NCBI GenBank assembly: GCA_964534585.1
Contig: CAZHPJ010000001.1
Location: 1 to 24,091 of the forward strand
Source of the DNA: an uncultured Sandaracinaceae bacterium
GTDB taxonomy: Bacteria; Myxococcota_A; Polyangia; Polyangiales; Houyiibacteriaceae
Length of the DNA: 24,091 bases
Reading direction: 5' to 3'
A program made the position numbers and the translations under genes. Below the pieces are notes generated by a model, which was not told the DNA's origin, did not search any database, and saw nothing but the letters and a program-made list of their open reading frames with translations. Positions 16,223 to 24,091 of this stretch are shown piece by piece. How positions within the stretch are numbered: the stretch's first letter is position 1; every line of letters begins with the position of its first letter.

Positions 16223-18177
16223 CGTTGGCTCCCGTCATCGCACAGGCCATTCGCATCCGGGCCTTCGAAAGCAAATTGCTCGAGCTCTTCGGCGAGGACG
16301 CTTTCTCGGGAACGGTGCACACCTGTATCGGCCAAGAGCTGTGTGCCACCGCGCTCGCTCCCCATCTGGACATCGGACGAGACGCATTCGTGGCAACCCA
16401 CCGCGGTCATGGACACTACCTCGCCTTAGGTGGACCACCAGACGCGTTGCTTGCCGAGCTCATGGGTCGGGAAGGCGCCCTTTGTCGCGGCCGTGGCGGA
16501 TCCCAACATCTGTGCCACCGAGGCTACATCAGCAGCGGCGTGCAAGGCGGTACGCCTCCGTTGGCGGTCGGGCTGGGCTGGGCGCGAAAGCTCAGAGGCA
16601 CGGACGCCATCGCCGTTGCACAAGTGGGTGACGGCACGTTCGGGGAGGGCGCGCTCTACGAGGCCATGACCTTCGCCGCATTGTGGAGCGTGCCCGTGCT
16701 CTTCTTGGTCGAGTACAACGGCATTGCGATGACCACCGACGTTGCAACGACCACGCCGGGGGATCTAGAAAAGCGTATCGCGGGCTTCGGTGTGGGCTAC
16801 GACCGCCGTTCGGACATGGAGCCAGAGGCGCTACACGCGCACATGGGCGAAGTCGTCTCGCGGGTGCGAGCCGGTCAGCCGTTCATGCAGATCATCGACA
16901 CGCGTCGACTGGCAGCCCACAGCAAAGGGGACGACACTCGGCCCCCCGAAGTCATCGCTGCCCTGCAGGCCCGTGATGCGGTGCAAGACGTTCTAGATTC
17001 CGATCCGGAAGCGGCCGCGCTCATGGGACGCTACGCCAAGGAGGTAGGCCGGCTTGCCGGCGAGGTGCGGGAGCGACCGCTGATCCCCTTTGAAGATGGT
17101 CCGGTGCTTCCACGGCCGTCCCCATGCGACCACACGGCTTCGGAGCCACCGGGCGGTGACGTCCGAATCGTTCAGCGCCTCAACGCTGAGCTCCATCGCA
17201 TGATGGACCAAGACCCCTCGATCGTGGTCATCGGCGAAGACCTGGCCGATCCATACGGGGGCGCATTCAAGGTCACACGCGGTCTATCCGCTGCACACCC
17301 GGAGCGGCTCTTCAACACACCGATTTCCGAAGCTGCCATCGTGGGCGTTTCCAATGGACTGGCCCTTGGCGGTGCTCGCCCGATCGCCGAGATCATGTTT
17401 GCCGACTTTGCTTTTCTGGCGGCGGACCAGCTGATCAACCACGCAGCCAAGTTCCACTACACGTACGCCGCTCAGGTCACTTGTCCGCTGACGTTGCGTT
17501 TGGTCTCCGGCGGCGGACGCGGCTACGGGCCCACCCACAGCCAGTGCACGGAGCTAGCGTTTTGCGGCATTCCAGGGCTCCGGGTCTTGGCGCTGTCCCA
17601 TCGACATCCGCCGGAGCGGCTGCTGCGCGCGGCAGTCTACGACGATGCGCCGACGATTTTGGTCGAACACAAGGCGCTCTATGGTCTCTTCCCACCGCAA
17701 GAGCCGCCGCTTGATCTGACGCGGTGCGAGACTTCGGACGAAGCAGGCGAGCCACTGCCCGAATATGCGCCCTTGTGTTTCGCACCCCTGGACGATGAGA
17801 GGGCGGATGTCACCCTCGTGACCTACGGCGGAACGGCACCGATCGTCGAGGAGGCCATGCGTGAGCTCATCCTCCAAGACGAGCTCCGCTTCGAGTACAT
17901 CATTCTCACGCAACTTTGGCCGCTACACGCCGCGCCCATCGTGGCGGCAGCTCATCGCACCAGACGTCTAGTGATCGTGGAAGAAAGTGTTGCGACGTTC
18001 GGCTTGTCGGCGGCCATCGCCGCCGCAGTGGCCCAATCGCCCGGGCCCCAGGTAGCGATTGGGTCTGTTGGCGCCGCGCCTGTTCCGATTCCGTGTGCAC
18101 GTCATCAGGAATCCTCTACGCTGCCAACGACTCGATCGATCGCTGACAAGGTTCGATCCATGATGCGCAGCGAGTGA
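16219..18177 (+). CDS. Fused alpha+beta E1 component (ThDP-dependent 2-oxoacid dehydrogenase / transketolase-like)
   Basis: Alpha: GTVHTCIGQE, THRGHGHYLA, GRGGSQH, ThDP motif GDGTFGEG...VEYN, RRLAAHS. Beta: GEDLADPYGGAFKVTRGL, NTPISEAAIVG, EIMFADF, GYGPTHSQ. ATGA overlap with the upstream gene. Confidence 0.92.
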   Translation: MTLAPVIAQAIRIRAFESKLLELFGEDAFSGTVHTCIGQELCATALAPHLDIGRDAFVATHRGHGHYLALGGPPDALLAELMGREGALCRGRGGSQHLCHRGYISSGVQGGTPPLAVGLGWARKLRGTDAIAVAQVGDGTFGEGALYEAMTFAALWSVPVLFLVEYNGIAMTTDVATTTPGDLEKRIAGFGVGYDRRSDMEPEALHAHMGEVVSRVRAGQPFMQIIDTRRLAAHSKGDDTRPPEVIAALQARDAVQDVLDSDPEAAALMGRYAKEVGRLAGEVRERPLIPFEDGPVLPRPSPCDHTASEPPGGDVRIVQRLNAELHRMMDQDPSIVVIGEDLADPYGGAFKVTRGLSAAHPERLFNTPISEAAIVGVSNGLALGGARPIAEIMFADFAFLAADQLINHAAKFHYTYAAQVTCPLTLRLVSGGGRGYGPTHSQCTELAFCGIPGLRVLALSHRHPPERLLRAAVYDDAPTILVEHKALYGLFPPQEPPLDLTRCETSDEAGEPLPEYAPLCFAPLDDERADVTLVTYGGTAPIVEEAMRELILQDELRFEYIILTQLWPLHAAPIVAAAHRTRRLVIVEESVATFGLSAAIAAAVAQSPGPQVAIGSVGAAPVPIPCARHQESSTLPTTRSIADKVRSMMRSE

Positions 18178-18190
18178 CACCAGGAGGCCC

Positions 18191-19252
18191 ATGTCGATAC
18201 CACACGAGATCGTCGTCCCGCGCCTCAACGTCGCCGATTCGACCCTTCGTTTGGTCAAATGGACCGTCCGCAGCGGCGAGCGCGTCGAGCCCACCACGGT
18301 GATTGCGATCCTCGAGACCAGCAAGGCAACCTTCGAGATGACTGCCGAAACCGGTGGTCATCTGCATCATCTGGCGGACATCAACGAAATCGTCAGTGTC
18401 GGGCAGACCATCGCGCTGCTTACCGACAGCCCCGAGGTACCCGATACCACGGACCATAGTGCATCGACGCTCACCATCGAAATCGCAGGGGAGGGTCCCG
18501 AGATCAGCGAAAAAGCCCGCCCCCTGATGGCGCAACATGGTTTGACCGGAGCGGACTTCCCGGGACGATCGGTCGTGCGAAAGCAAGACGTAGAAGCGCT
18601 CGTTGCGACCGGACCAGGCGATCAGAAAGCCAAGCGCGAGCTCCGTTTCGGCGACGAAGTCTTCGATCTCGATGAGGAATGGGACGCCGCGCTCGCCTCG
18701 GAACACTATCAACAATTGCGTGCCACGCTCACGAAGCTGAGGCGGCGCATGAAGGCGCGCTTCGACCGACACGTATCGACGGGCGAGTTGCTCTACGACC
18801 GATGGGACATGGCTCGCGACCACGGCTTCGGTGAGGGCTCATCGATCTATGATACGTGCCTGCTGCTCGGAGACGTTCGAGTAGGCAAGCACTGCTGGGT
18901 GGGTCCCTTCACGGTGCTCGATGGCGCGCACAGCCCTCTGGAAATCGGAGACTACTCTTCGATCGGAAGCGGCACCCAGATCTACACGCACAATACGATT
19001 CAGCACGTTCTGACGGGCGGCCAACAAGAGGCTTTCCATGAGCCCACGCAGATCGGACGTTGTGTTTTCGTCTCTCCGATGTGCGTCATCGGGGCGGGTA
19101 CCGCCATCGGCGACCATAGCTTCGTCGCTGCAGGCAGCTACGTCGAAGGCCGCTTTCCATCACATAGCTACATCGCCGGAAATCCAGCGACGAAAATCGG
19201 TCGAGTGGTCGTTGAGGGTGATCGTGCGCACCTCTTCCGCAAGCGGCGATGA
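18191..19252 (+). CDS. Lipoyl domain + E3/E1-binding (PSBD-like) domain + left-handed beta-helix (hexapeptide) acyltransferase
   Basis: Lipoyl motif LETSK45A; PSBD-like ISEKARPLMAQHGL...RKQDVEAL (aa ~105-137); hexapeptide repeats VRVGKHCWVG, LEIGDYSSIGSGTQIYTH, TQIGRCVFVS, TAIGDHSFVAAGS, IAGNPA. AGGAGG SD. Confidence 0.85.
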   Translation: MSIPHEIVVPRLNVADSTLRLVKWTVRSGERVEPTTVIAILETSKATFEMTAETGGHLHHLADINEIVSVGQTIALLTDSPEVPDTTDHSASTLTIEIAGEGPEISEKARPLMAQHGLTGADFPGRSVVRKQDVEALVATGPGDQKAKRELRFGDEVFDLDEEWDAALASEHYQQLRATLTKLRRRMKARFDRHVSTGELLYDRWDMARDHGFGEGSSIYDTCLLLGDVRVGKHCWVGPFTVLDGAHSPLEIGDYSSIGSGTQIYTHNTIQHVLTGGQQEAFHEPTQIGRCVFVSPMCVIGAGTAIGDHSFVAAGSYVEGRFPSHSYIAGNPATKIGRVVVEGDRAHLFRKRR

Positions 19253-19394
19253 CGAGCGACTCGCACGGTCGCCATCGATCGGGACGGACGGCAAAGGGGG
19301 CCTTTCGTCCCACCAGCCGCAGCCGCTAGGGCTTTTCGGGCCTCAGGAGCCACTCGGCCAGTTTCTTTGTTGTAGTCCGGGCCGATTGCCTATA

Positions 19395-19428
19395 CCGTTC
19401 CTGTACTGACCGGCCAGTACAGGAACGG
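19395..19428. promoter_or_regulatory. 34-bp near-perfect palindrome, candidate TetR operator, abutting the tetR start
   Basis: CCGTTCCTGTACTG-ACCGGC-CAGTACAGGAACGG: 14-bp perfect arms, ending 5 nt before ATG 19434 and overlapping the GGAG SD. Confidence 0.7.
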
Positions 19429-19433
19429 AGTGG

Positions 19434-20138
19434 ATGCCTAAGAGGACCCCATCACCAAGTCCGCAACCCCGCGGAACCCAGTCGATTCAGCGAATTCTCG
19501 ATGCGGCGGCCAGCCTCTTTGGAACCGAAGGCTACCGCGGCGCTTCGATGACGGCAGTGGCCGAGGCAGCCGGTGTCTCTAAGAGCCTGCTGCACTACCA
19601 CTTCCAGGGCAAAGAGCACCTGCTCTTCGAGGCACAACAGGCCGCGTATCGAAGAATCCATCAACACTTTCAAGCTCGATTCAGCCAAGGTGAACGAGGC
19701 ATCGACACCGCCCTCGAAGCGCTCGATGCCCTGTGGCAAGCCGTTCATGACATGCGCGCCTGGGCGCCGTTCATGATCGAAACGATGAGCTTGGCCTCGC
19801 AGAACGAGCGCGTCCACCAACTGGCCCAGAACTTTCTCGATGAGTCGACGGCCCTTCTCGAGAGTGGCGTCACCCAAGTGTTCAAAGACGAGCAAGCCCG
19901 ACTCATCGCTACACCCGAGCGAGTAGCCCGCGTCGTACGAGCATGCATTCAGGGCCTCATCGTCGAGCTATCGCTCGCAAGAACCGAAGAAGACCTGCGC
20001 AACGTCGAAGGGATGTACCAGGACATGAGGAATATGTTCGAACGCGCCGTCCTCTCTAGTGCCGGCCAATCGGCAACGCCACGCCCTGTCGATTCAGTGG
20101 AGCTCGCGACTCGGACCATCGAGGAGAACGCATCATGA
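19434..20138 (+). CDS. TetR/AcrR-family transcriptional regulator
   Basis: RILDAAASLFGTEGYRGASMTAVAEAAGVSKSLLHYHFQGKEHL HTH. Confidence 0.93.
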   Translation: MPKRTPSPSPQPRGTQSIQRILDAAASLFGTEGYRGASMTAVAEAAGVSKSLLHYHFQGKEHLLFEAQQAAYRRIHQHFQARFSQGERGIDTALEALDALWQAVHDMRAWAPFMIETMSLASQNERVHQLAQNFLDESTALLESGVTQVFKDEQARLIATPERVARVVRACIQGLIVELSLARTEEDLRNVEGMYQDMRNMFERAVLSSAGQSATPRPVDSVELATRTIEENAS

Positions 20139-21118
20139 CTCAGCCAATTCTGCCCAAGAAATTTCAGCCCACCTCATTCGGCGAAATCGCCTATCTGGAG
20201 ACCGGTTCGAGCGACCGGCCACCGGTGTTGCTGATTCACGGCATCCCGACCTCAGGGTTCCTCTGGCGCAATGTGATGCGCTACCTGCAAAACGATTTTC
20301 ACTGCTACGCCCCGGACCTCATGGGGCTCGGCGATACCCGGGTCGATCCGGAAACGGCAGAGTTCGACATGGAGGCTCAGGCCGAAATGCTGGCGTCTTT
20401 CATGAGCGCGCTGGGGCACGAGGAGTTCGTCGTCGTGTGCCATGACCAAGGCGGTGCCGCGGCACAGATCCTCGCCGCGCGCGTTCCGCAGCGCATCCGC
20501 TGCATGGTCTTCACCGACTGCGTTTGTTACGACAACTGGCCGGTGCCGGCGATCATGCAGCTGCAGGCCATCTCCCGTGTGCCGCTGCTGCCTGACCTGC
20601 TGAATCGAAGCGGAGCGATGGCCTGGTTGGAGACGAAGACCCGATTCTCGAACTTTCGCAAGGGCGTCCACAATCCGAGCCGGCTGAGCGACGAAACGAT
20701 CCACGAGTATCTTCGGCCGCTACAGGAGAACCGCAAACGTCGTGAAGCCTTTCGCGCATTTCTCCTCGCCGGGCATCCCCGCTACACGCTCGCGGCGGTG
20801 AGCGGGCTCAAGGCCTTCCACAAACCGACCATGGTGATCTGGGCAGCGGATGACGTCTATCTATCGCCGTCGTGGGGATTGAGGCTGATGGAGGACATCC
20901 CGGGCGCAGAGCGATTCGAGCTGGTCTCTTTTTGCGGCCACTTCTGGCAAGAGGAACGCCCGGCCGAATTCGCAGGGAAGATCGGCGCATTTCTGACCGA
21001 TGTGCTCTCGCGGGAAGTCCCGGAAGAGGCGGACGCGACGAAGTCCGCGCCAGCGGATGAGAAGAAGGGAGCCCTCTCCAACAAGAAGCTCCCGGTAGTG
21101 ACCCAAGAGGTTGGCTGA
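20135..21118 (+). CDS. Alpha/beta hydrolase, Asp-nucleophile class (haloalkane dehalogenase / epoxide hydrolase-like)
   Basis: HGIPTSGFLWR, APDLMGLGD, nucleophile CHDQGG, His base GHFWQEE; ATGA overlap with tetR. Confidence 0.88.
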   Translation: MTQPILPKKFQPTSFGEIAYLETGSSDRPPVLLIHGIPTSGFLWRNVMRYLQNDFHCYAPDLMGLGDTRVDPETAEFDMEAQAEMLASFMSALGHEEFVVVCHDQGGAAAQILAARVPQRIRCMVFTDCVCYDNWPVPAIMQLQAISRVPLLPDLLNRSGAMAWLETKTRFSNFRKGVHNPSRLSDETIHEYLRPLQENRKRREAFRAFLLAGHPRYTLAAVSGLKAFHKPTMVIWAADDVYLSPSWGLRLMEDIPGAERFELVSFCGHFWQEERPAEFAGKIGAFLTDVLSREVPEEADATKSAPADEKKGALSNKKLPVVTQEVG

Positions 21119-21153
21119 ACACCACCCAATCGCGACGAAGAGAGGAAGAGGCG

Positions 21154-23004
21154 ATGCTAGCCAATGAGATTCTGCTAACGACACCGACCTATCCTTACCC
21201 AACCCTGCCGGCCAATGATTCGTTGACCGACGCGACCGGGCAGCGCTTCACCAAGGGCGACAACGTCTTCACGATGGTCTCCCACACCCATTGCTTCGCC
21301 AATCACATTCTCGCGCAAAACGTGCGGACCCCGGTGGTGGTAATGGAGTACCCCCGGTGGGACGATTTCAAGGCGGAAGTCGACAAGGGCTATCCGGTGA
21401 TCGGCATCAGCACCTATCCGGTCCACTTGGCCCGGGTACTCGAGATGTGTGAGTACATCCGCAACCGCTCACCAGCGACCAAGATCCTGCTCGGCTCCCA
21501 TGGGGGCATGGCCTTTCGGTCCGTGTACGACAAGGACACGCAACGCAAGTACGTCGACCGCGTCGTGCATGGAGAGGGCGTGCGGTTCTTGCGCCGTTTC
21601 CTCGGGGAGACCGATATCGACCGACCGATCCGCCAGGCCCTGATGCCCAAGGCGGGGGGTGCGCCACCGTTCATGAGCAAGTACCCCGTCGGCAATATTG
21701 CGTTCCTCGTCTCCGGACTGGGTTGCATCGGCGGCTGCGATTTCTGTTCCACTACGGCGCTCTTCGATCAACACCGGACCGAGCTACTTTCCCCCGCCGA
21801 GCTGGTGGAGCACATCCGGCTCTACCACGACCATTTCCCCTCGGTCAGCCAGGTCTTCGTGATCGAAGAAGATCACTTCCGTTACCCCAAGTACCTCGAG
21901 GGCGTCCGCGAGTTGTGGATGGAGCAGCCCAAGATGATGGAGCAACTCGACTGGTTTGCTTTCGGTTCGATCGACTTCATCGGCCGCTACGCCGACAAGT
22001 ATGGATGGGATGCGCTTGCCGAGACCGGGATCGGCACCATCTTCATCGGGGTCGAATCGAAGTTTGCTGGGGAGCACGGCTACAAGAAGCGCAAAAGCGC
22101 GAACGCTCAGGAGGTGTTCCAGAAGCTCCACAGCATAGGCATCCGCACCGTGGGCGCCTGGATGTGTGGCTTCGACTTCCACAACCATGCGAACGTGACG
22201 GAGGACCTGAACTACCTGGTCTCGCTCTATCCGACCTACCAGCAGCTGACCCGGGTTTCGCCGCTCCCCGGCACGGCGTTGTGGGCACGCATGAATGAAG
22301 AGAATCGCGTCCGCGATGTGCCCTGGGAAGACGTACATTTTTGGAGCAGTGCGCTCAAGAACACCAACTTCGAGCCCCATGAAACTCTGAACATCACAGA
22401 GTACGGCTACGATCTCCTGTACCAGACCTGGGGTCCTTCGATTCTCCGGCGATTGGACGTGCAGCTGTCGGGCTACGACTTCTGCCGCCGCTCGCCCAAC
22501 CCGGTCCTGCGACGCCACAAGGCACTCTTCTTCAAACGCCAGTGCGCGATGCTCTGGACGAACCTCTACGGAATGGACCGTTTCGCGCCCAACGGCGTCG
22601 TTCGACGACGGGTCCGCAAGATCGACGAGAAGTACCGCGCGCTGCTCGGCGAACCCACGCCGGTGATGAAGGCCCTTGCGCGACTGATGGATGTCGCGGT
22701 GACGGGCGCGAAGGTGACGGAGTTCTTCGACTCGATGAACCGGCACCCAAAGGAAGAGCCCTATCACCGCTACGTCTACAAGAACAATGGCGAGAGCGAC
22801 AGCGCGATTCCATATCACAAGGAGTGCCCGACGCCCCGCACGCGGGCCGTGCGGCGAGGGATGGCACGGGAAGCACTTCAACGTCGATCGATGGCGATGG
22901 GACTGAAAGCCAGCAAGGTCGTTGGTTGGCGGGACGGCGATCCGGCGATCGACGATTTTTTGGTGAACATGGTGGAGAGTGGTCGAGTGGGGTTCGGCTT
23001 CTAG
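21154..23004 (+). CDS. Radical SAM protein with N-terminal cobalamin-binding-like domain, function unknown
   Basis: CxxxCxxC (GCIGGCDFC); N-terminal Rossmann-like segment (VIGIS...KILLGSHG...VVHGEG); FIGVES, GFDFH and SPLPGTALW, as seen in B12-dependent radical SAM enzymes. Confidence 0.85.
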   Translation: MLANEILLTTPTYPYPTLPANDSLTDATGQRFTKGDNVFTMVSHTHCFANHILAQNVRTPVVVMEYPRWDDFKAEVDKGYPVIGISTYPVHLARVLEMCEYIRNRSPATKILLGSHGGMAFRSVYDKDTQRKYVDRVVHGEGVRFLRRFLGETDIDRPIRQALMPKAGGAPPFMSKYPVGNIAFLVSGLGCIGGCDFCSTTALFDQHRTELLSPAELVEHIRLYHDHFPSVSQVFVIEEDHFRYPKYLEGVRELWMEQPKMMEQLDWFAFGSIDFIGRYADKYGWDALAETGIGTIFIGVESKFAGEHGYKKRKSANAQEVFQKLHSIGIRTVGAWMCGFDFHNHANVTEDLNYLVSLYPTYQQLTRVSPLPGTALWARMNEENRVRDVPWEDVHFWSSALKNTNFEPHETLNITEYGYDLLYQTWGPSILRRLDVQLSGYDFCRRSPNPVLRRHKALFFKRQCAMLWTNLYGMDRFAPNGVVRRRVRKIDEKYRALLGEPTPVMKALARLMDVAVTGAKVTEFFDSMNRHPKEEPYHRYVYKNNGESDSAIPYHKECPTPRTRAVRRGMAREALQRRSMAMGLKASKVVGWRDGDPAIDDFLVNMVESGRVGFGF

Positions 23005-23014
23005 GAGCTCTGGC

Positions 23015-24091
23015 GTGCACCACCAACAACAGATCATGCCGTTCGCCTCGCTACTTGGCCAAGAGAAGGTCAAGCGGGCTTTGTTGATGCTTGGCGTGAA
23101 TCCGCGACTCAACGGCGCGCTCCTGCGCGGCGAAAAAGGCACGGCCAAATCGACGGCAGCCCGAGCCCTGGCCTCCCTGCTGCCGTCGATCGAGGTCAAT
23201 CAGGGATGCCACTTCGGCTGCCGAAGCGATCGCCCAGCAACCTGGTGCGCAGAATGCCAACGCCGCTCCGACCGAACCGTCGTTGAACGTCGCCCACCGT
23301 TTGCAACGCTGCCACTGGGCATTACGGAAGATCAGCTCTTGGGCACGATCGATTTGGAACGGGTGCTTCAACAAGGCGAGCAACGCTTCAAGCCGGGATT
23401 GCTGGCGCGGGTGAACCACGGTGTGCTCTACGTGGACGAGATCAATCTGCTGGACGACCACATCGTCGATCTGCTCCTGGACTCGGCGGCGATGGGCGTC
23501 AACGTGGTCGAACGGGAGGGCATCTCGGCTACTCACCCCGCAGACTTCCTCTTGGTCGGCACGATGAACCCGGAGGAAGGAGTGCTGCGCCCGCAGCTAC
23601 TGGATCGCTTCGGGCTTTGTGTCGAAGTAACCGCGTCACGGGACGCCTCCGAACGGGCCGAGATCATCGACCGATGCCTGGCGTTCGAGCGCGATCCTGT
23701 TGGGTTCACCCAAGCCTATGCCGAGACCGACGCGGCGCTGTCTGAACAGATCCGGCAGGCCCGGGAGTTGCTCCCTGCCGTCGAGGTGGACCCGAGCTGG
23801 CTGACCACGGTCGCCGAGCTCTCGCTTGCGCTCGGCGTCGACGGGCACCGCGCCGACATCCTCATGATCAAGGCGGCCCAGACGCTCGCCGCATTGGATG
23901 GACGGACCGCGATCCACTCTGACGACATCGAGGTTGCGACGGAGGTCGTCTACGCGCACCGATTGCGCCGTCGACCGTTCGACGATCAGGCCCAGGGCGA
24001 CGAGAGCTTCCGCGAAACGGTCCGCGAGGTCGTCGGACGGCGGGAAAAAAAAAAGGAACCGCAGGGAGAAGTCCAACGTCGGACGGGAAGG
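23015..24091 (+). CDS. Mg/Co-chelatase AAA+ subunit (ChlI/ChlD family); runs off the window end
   Basis: Not in the ORF track (no stop). GTG 23015 with AGGAG SD. My translation: MHHQQQIMPFASLLGQEKVK...LLRGEKGTAKSTAARAL...LPLGITEDQLLGTIDLE...PGLLARVNHGVLYVDEINLLDDHIVDLLLD...GTMNPEEGVLRPQLLDRFG...GVDGHRAD...AHRLRR. Confidence 0.92.
   Translation, partial: MHHQQQIMPFASLLGQEKVKRALLMLGVNPRLNGALLRGEKGTAKSTAARALASLLPSIEVNQGCHFGCRSDRPATWCAECQRRSDRTVVERRPPFATLPLGITEDQLLGTIDLERVLQQGEQRFKPGLLARVNHGVLYVDEINLLDDHIVDLLLDSAAMGVNVVEREGISATHPADFLLVGTMNPEEGVLRPQLLDRFGLCVEVTASRDASERAEIIDRCLAFERDPVGFTQAYAETDAALSEQIRQARELLPAVEVDPSWLTTVAELSLALGVDGHRADILMIKAAQTLAALDGRTAIHSDDIEVATEVVYAHRLRRRPFDDQAQGDESFRETVREVVGRREKKKEPQGEVQRRTGR
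24045..24055 (+). other. Candidate programmed -1 frameshift / transcriptional slippage site (A10, A_AAA_AAG)
   Basis: Ten consecutive A (24045-24054) read GAA AAA AAA AAG in the chelatase frame, immediately after the AAA+ domain. Confidence 0.65.

Noticed and set aside
19281-19311. Hairpin GGGACG..AAAGG-GGG-CCTTT-CGTCCC after the cassette, as an intrinsic terminator
   Set aside because: Bulged stem and no U-tract; too weak to call.
7569-21118. Olefin (oleABCD) pathway suggested by the OleD-like SDR and OleB-like hydrolase
   Set aside because: The two genes are ~12 kb apart in different operons, and no OleA thiolase or OleC ligase is present.
21154-23004. Radical SAM gene as the missing GRE activase
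   Set aside because: 616 aa with a B12-binding-like N-domain and none of the short PflA-type architecture (GCPLRCxWCxNPE-like motif); it is also ~10 kb away in another operon.
21784-23199. 471-aa minus-strand ORF, and the many other long overlapping ORFs in the track
   Set aside because: Antisense or alternate-frame products expected in high-GC DNA; they lie over genes with clear family motifs and show none of their own.
19434-24091. Cobalamin riboswitch upstream of the B12-related genes
   Set aside because: Intergenic gaps are 10-35 bp, and I saw no B12-box-like sequence in the 19253-19433 leader.

Overview
GC-rich bacterial chromosomal window with 20 supportable CDSs, two of them truncated by the window edges. 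No rRNA, tRNA, CRISPR array, integrase or transposase was recognised. The GGxGG-repeat lipoprotein and overall gene style suggest Myxococcota/Polyangia, but this is an inference. The left part is housekeeping/envelope: lipoprotein, pcm, lysC, small OM beta-barrel, and a yfgM-like/bamB-like pair. A minus-strand run follows (tetR - glycyl radical enzyme - extended SDR - aqpZ - hydrolase) with no GRE activating enzyme in the window. Next come AraC and a convergent diiron ferritin-like protein. The best candidate for an undescribed system is a three-gene cassette at 14381-19252: a 2-hydroxyacid-dehydrogenase-like/WbmS-like deacetylase fusion, a fused E1 alpha-beta, and a lipoyl/E3-binding protein whose E2 catalytic core is replaced by a left-handed beta-helix acyltransferase. 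The window ends with tetR - hydrolase - B12-binding radical SAM - chelatase AAA+ gene. That last gene carries an A10 run with an in-frame A_AAA_AAG slippery site just after the AAA+ domain. Several genes look leaderless. All family calls come from motif recognition by eye; no searches were run.
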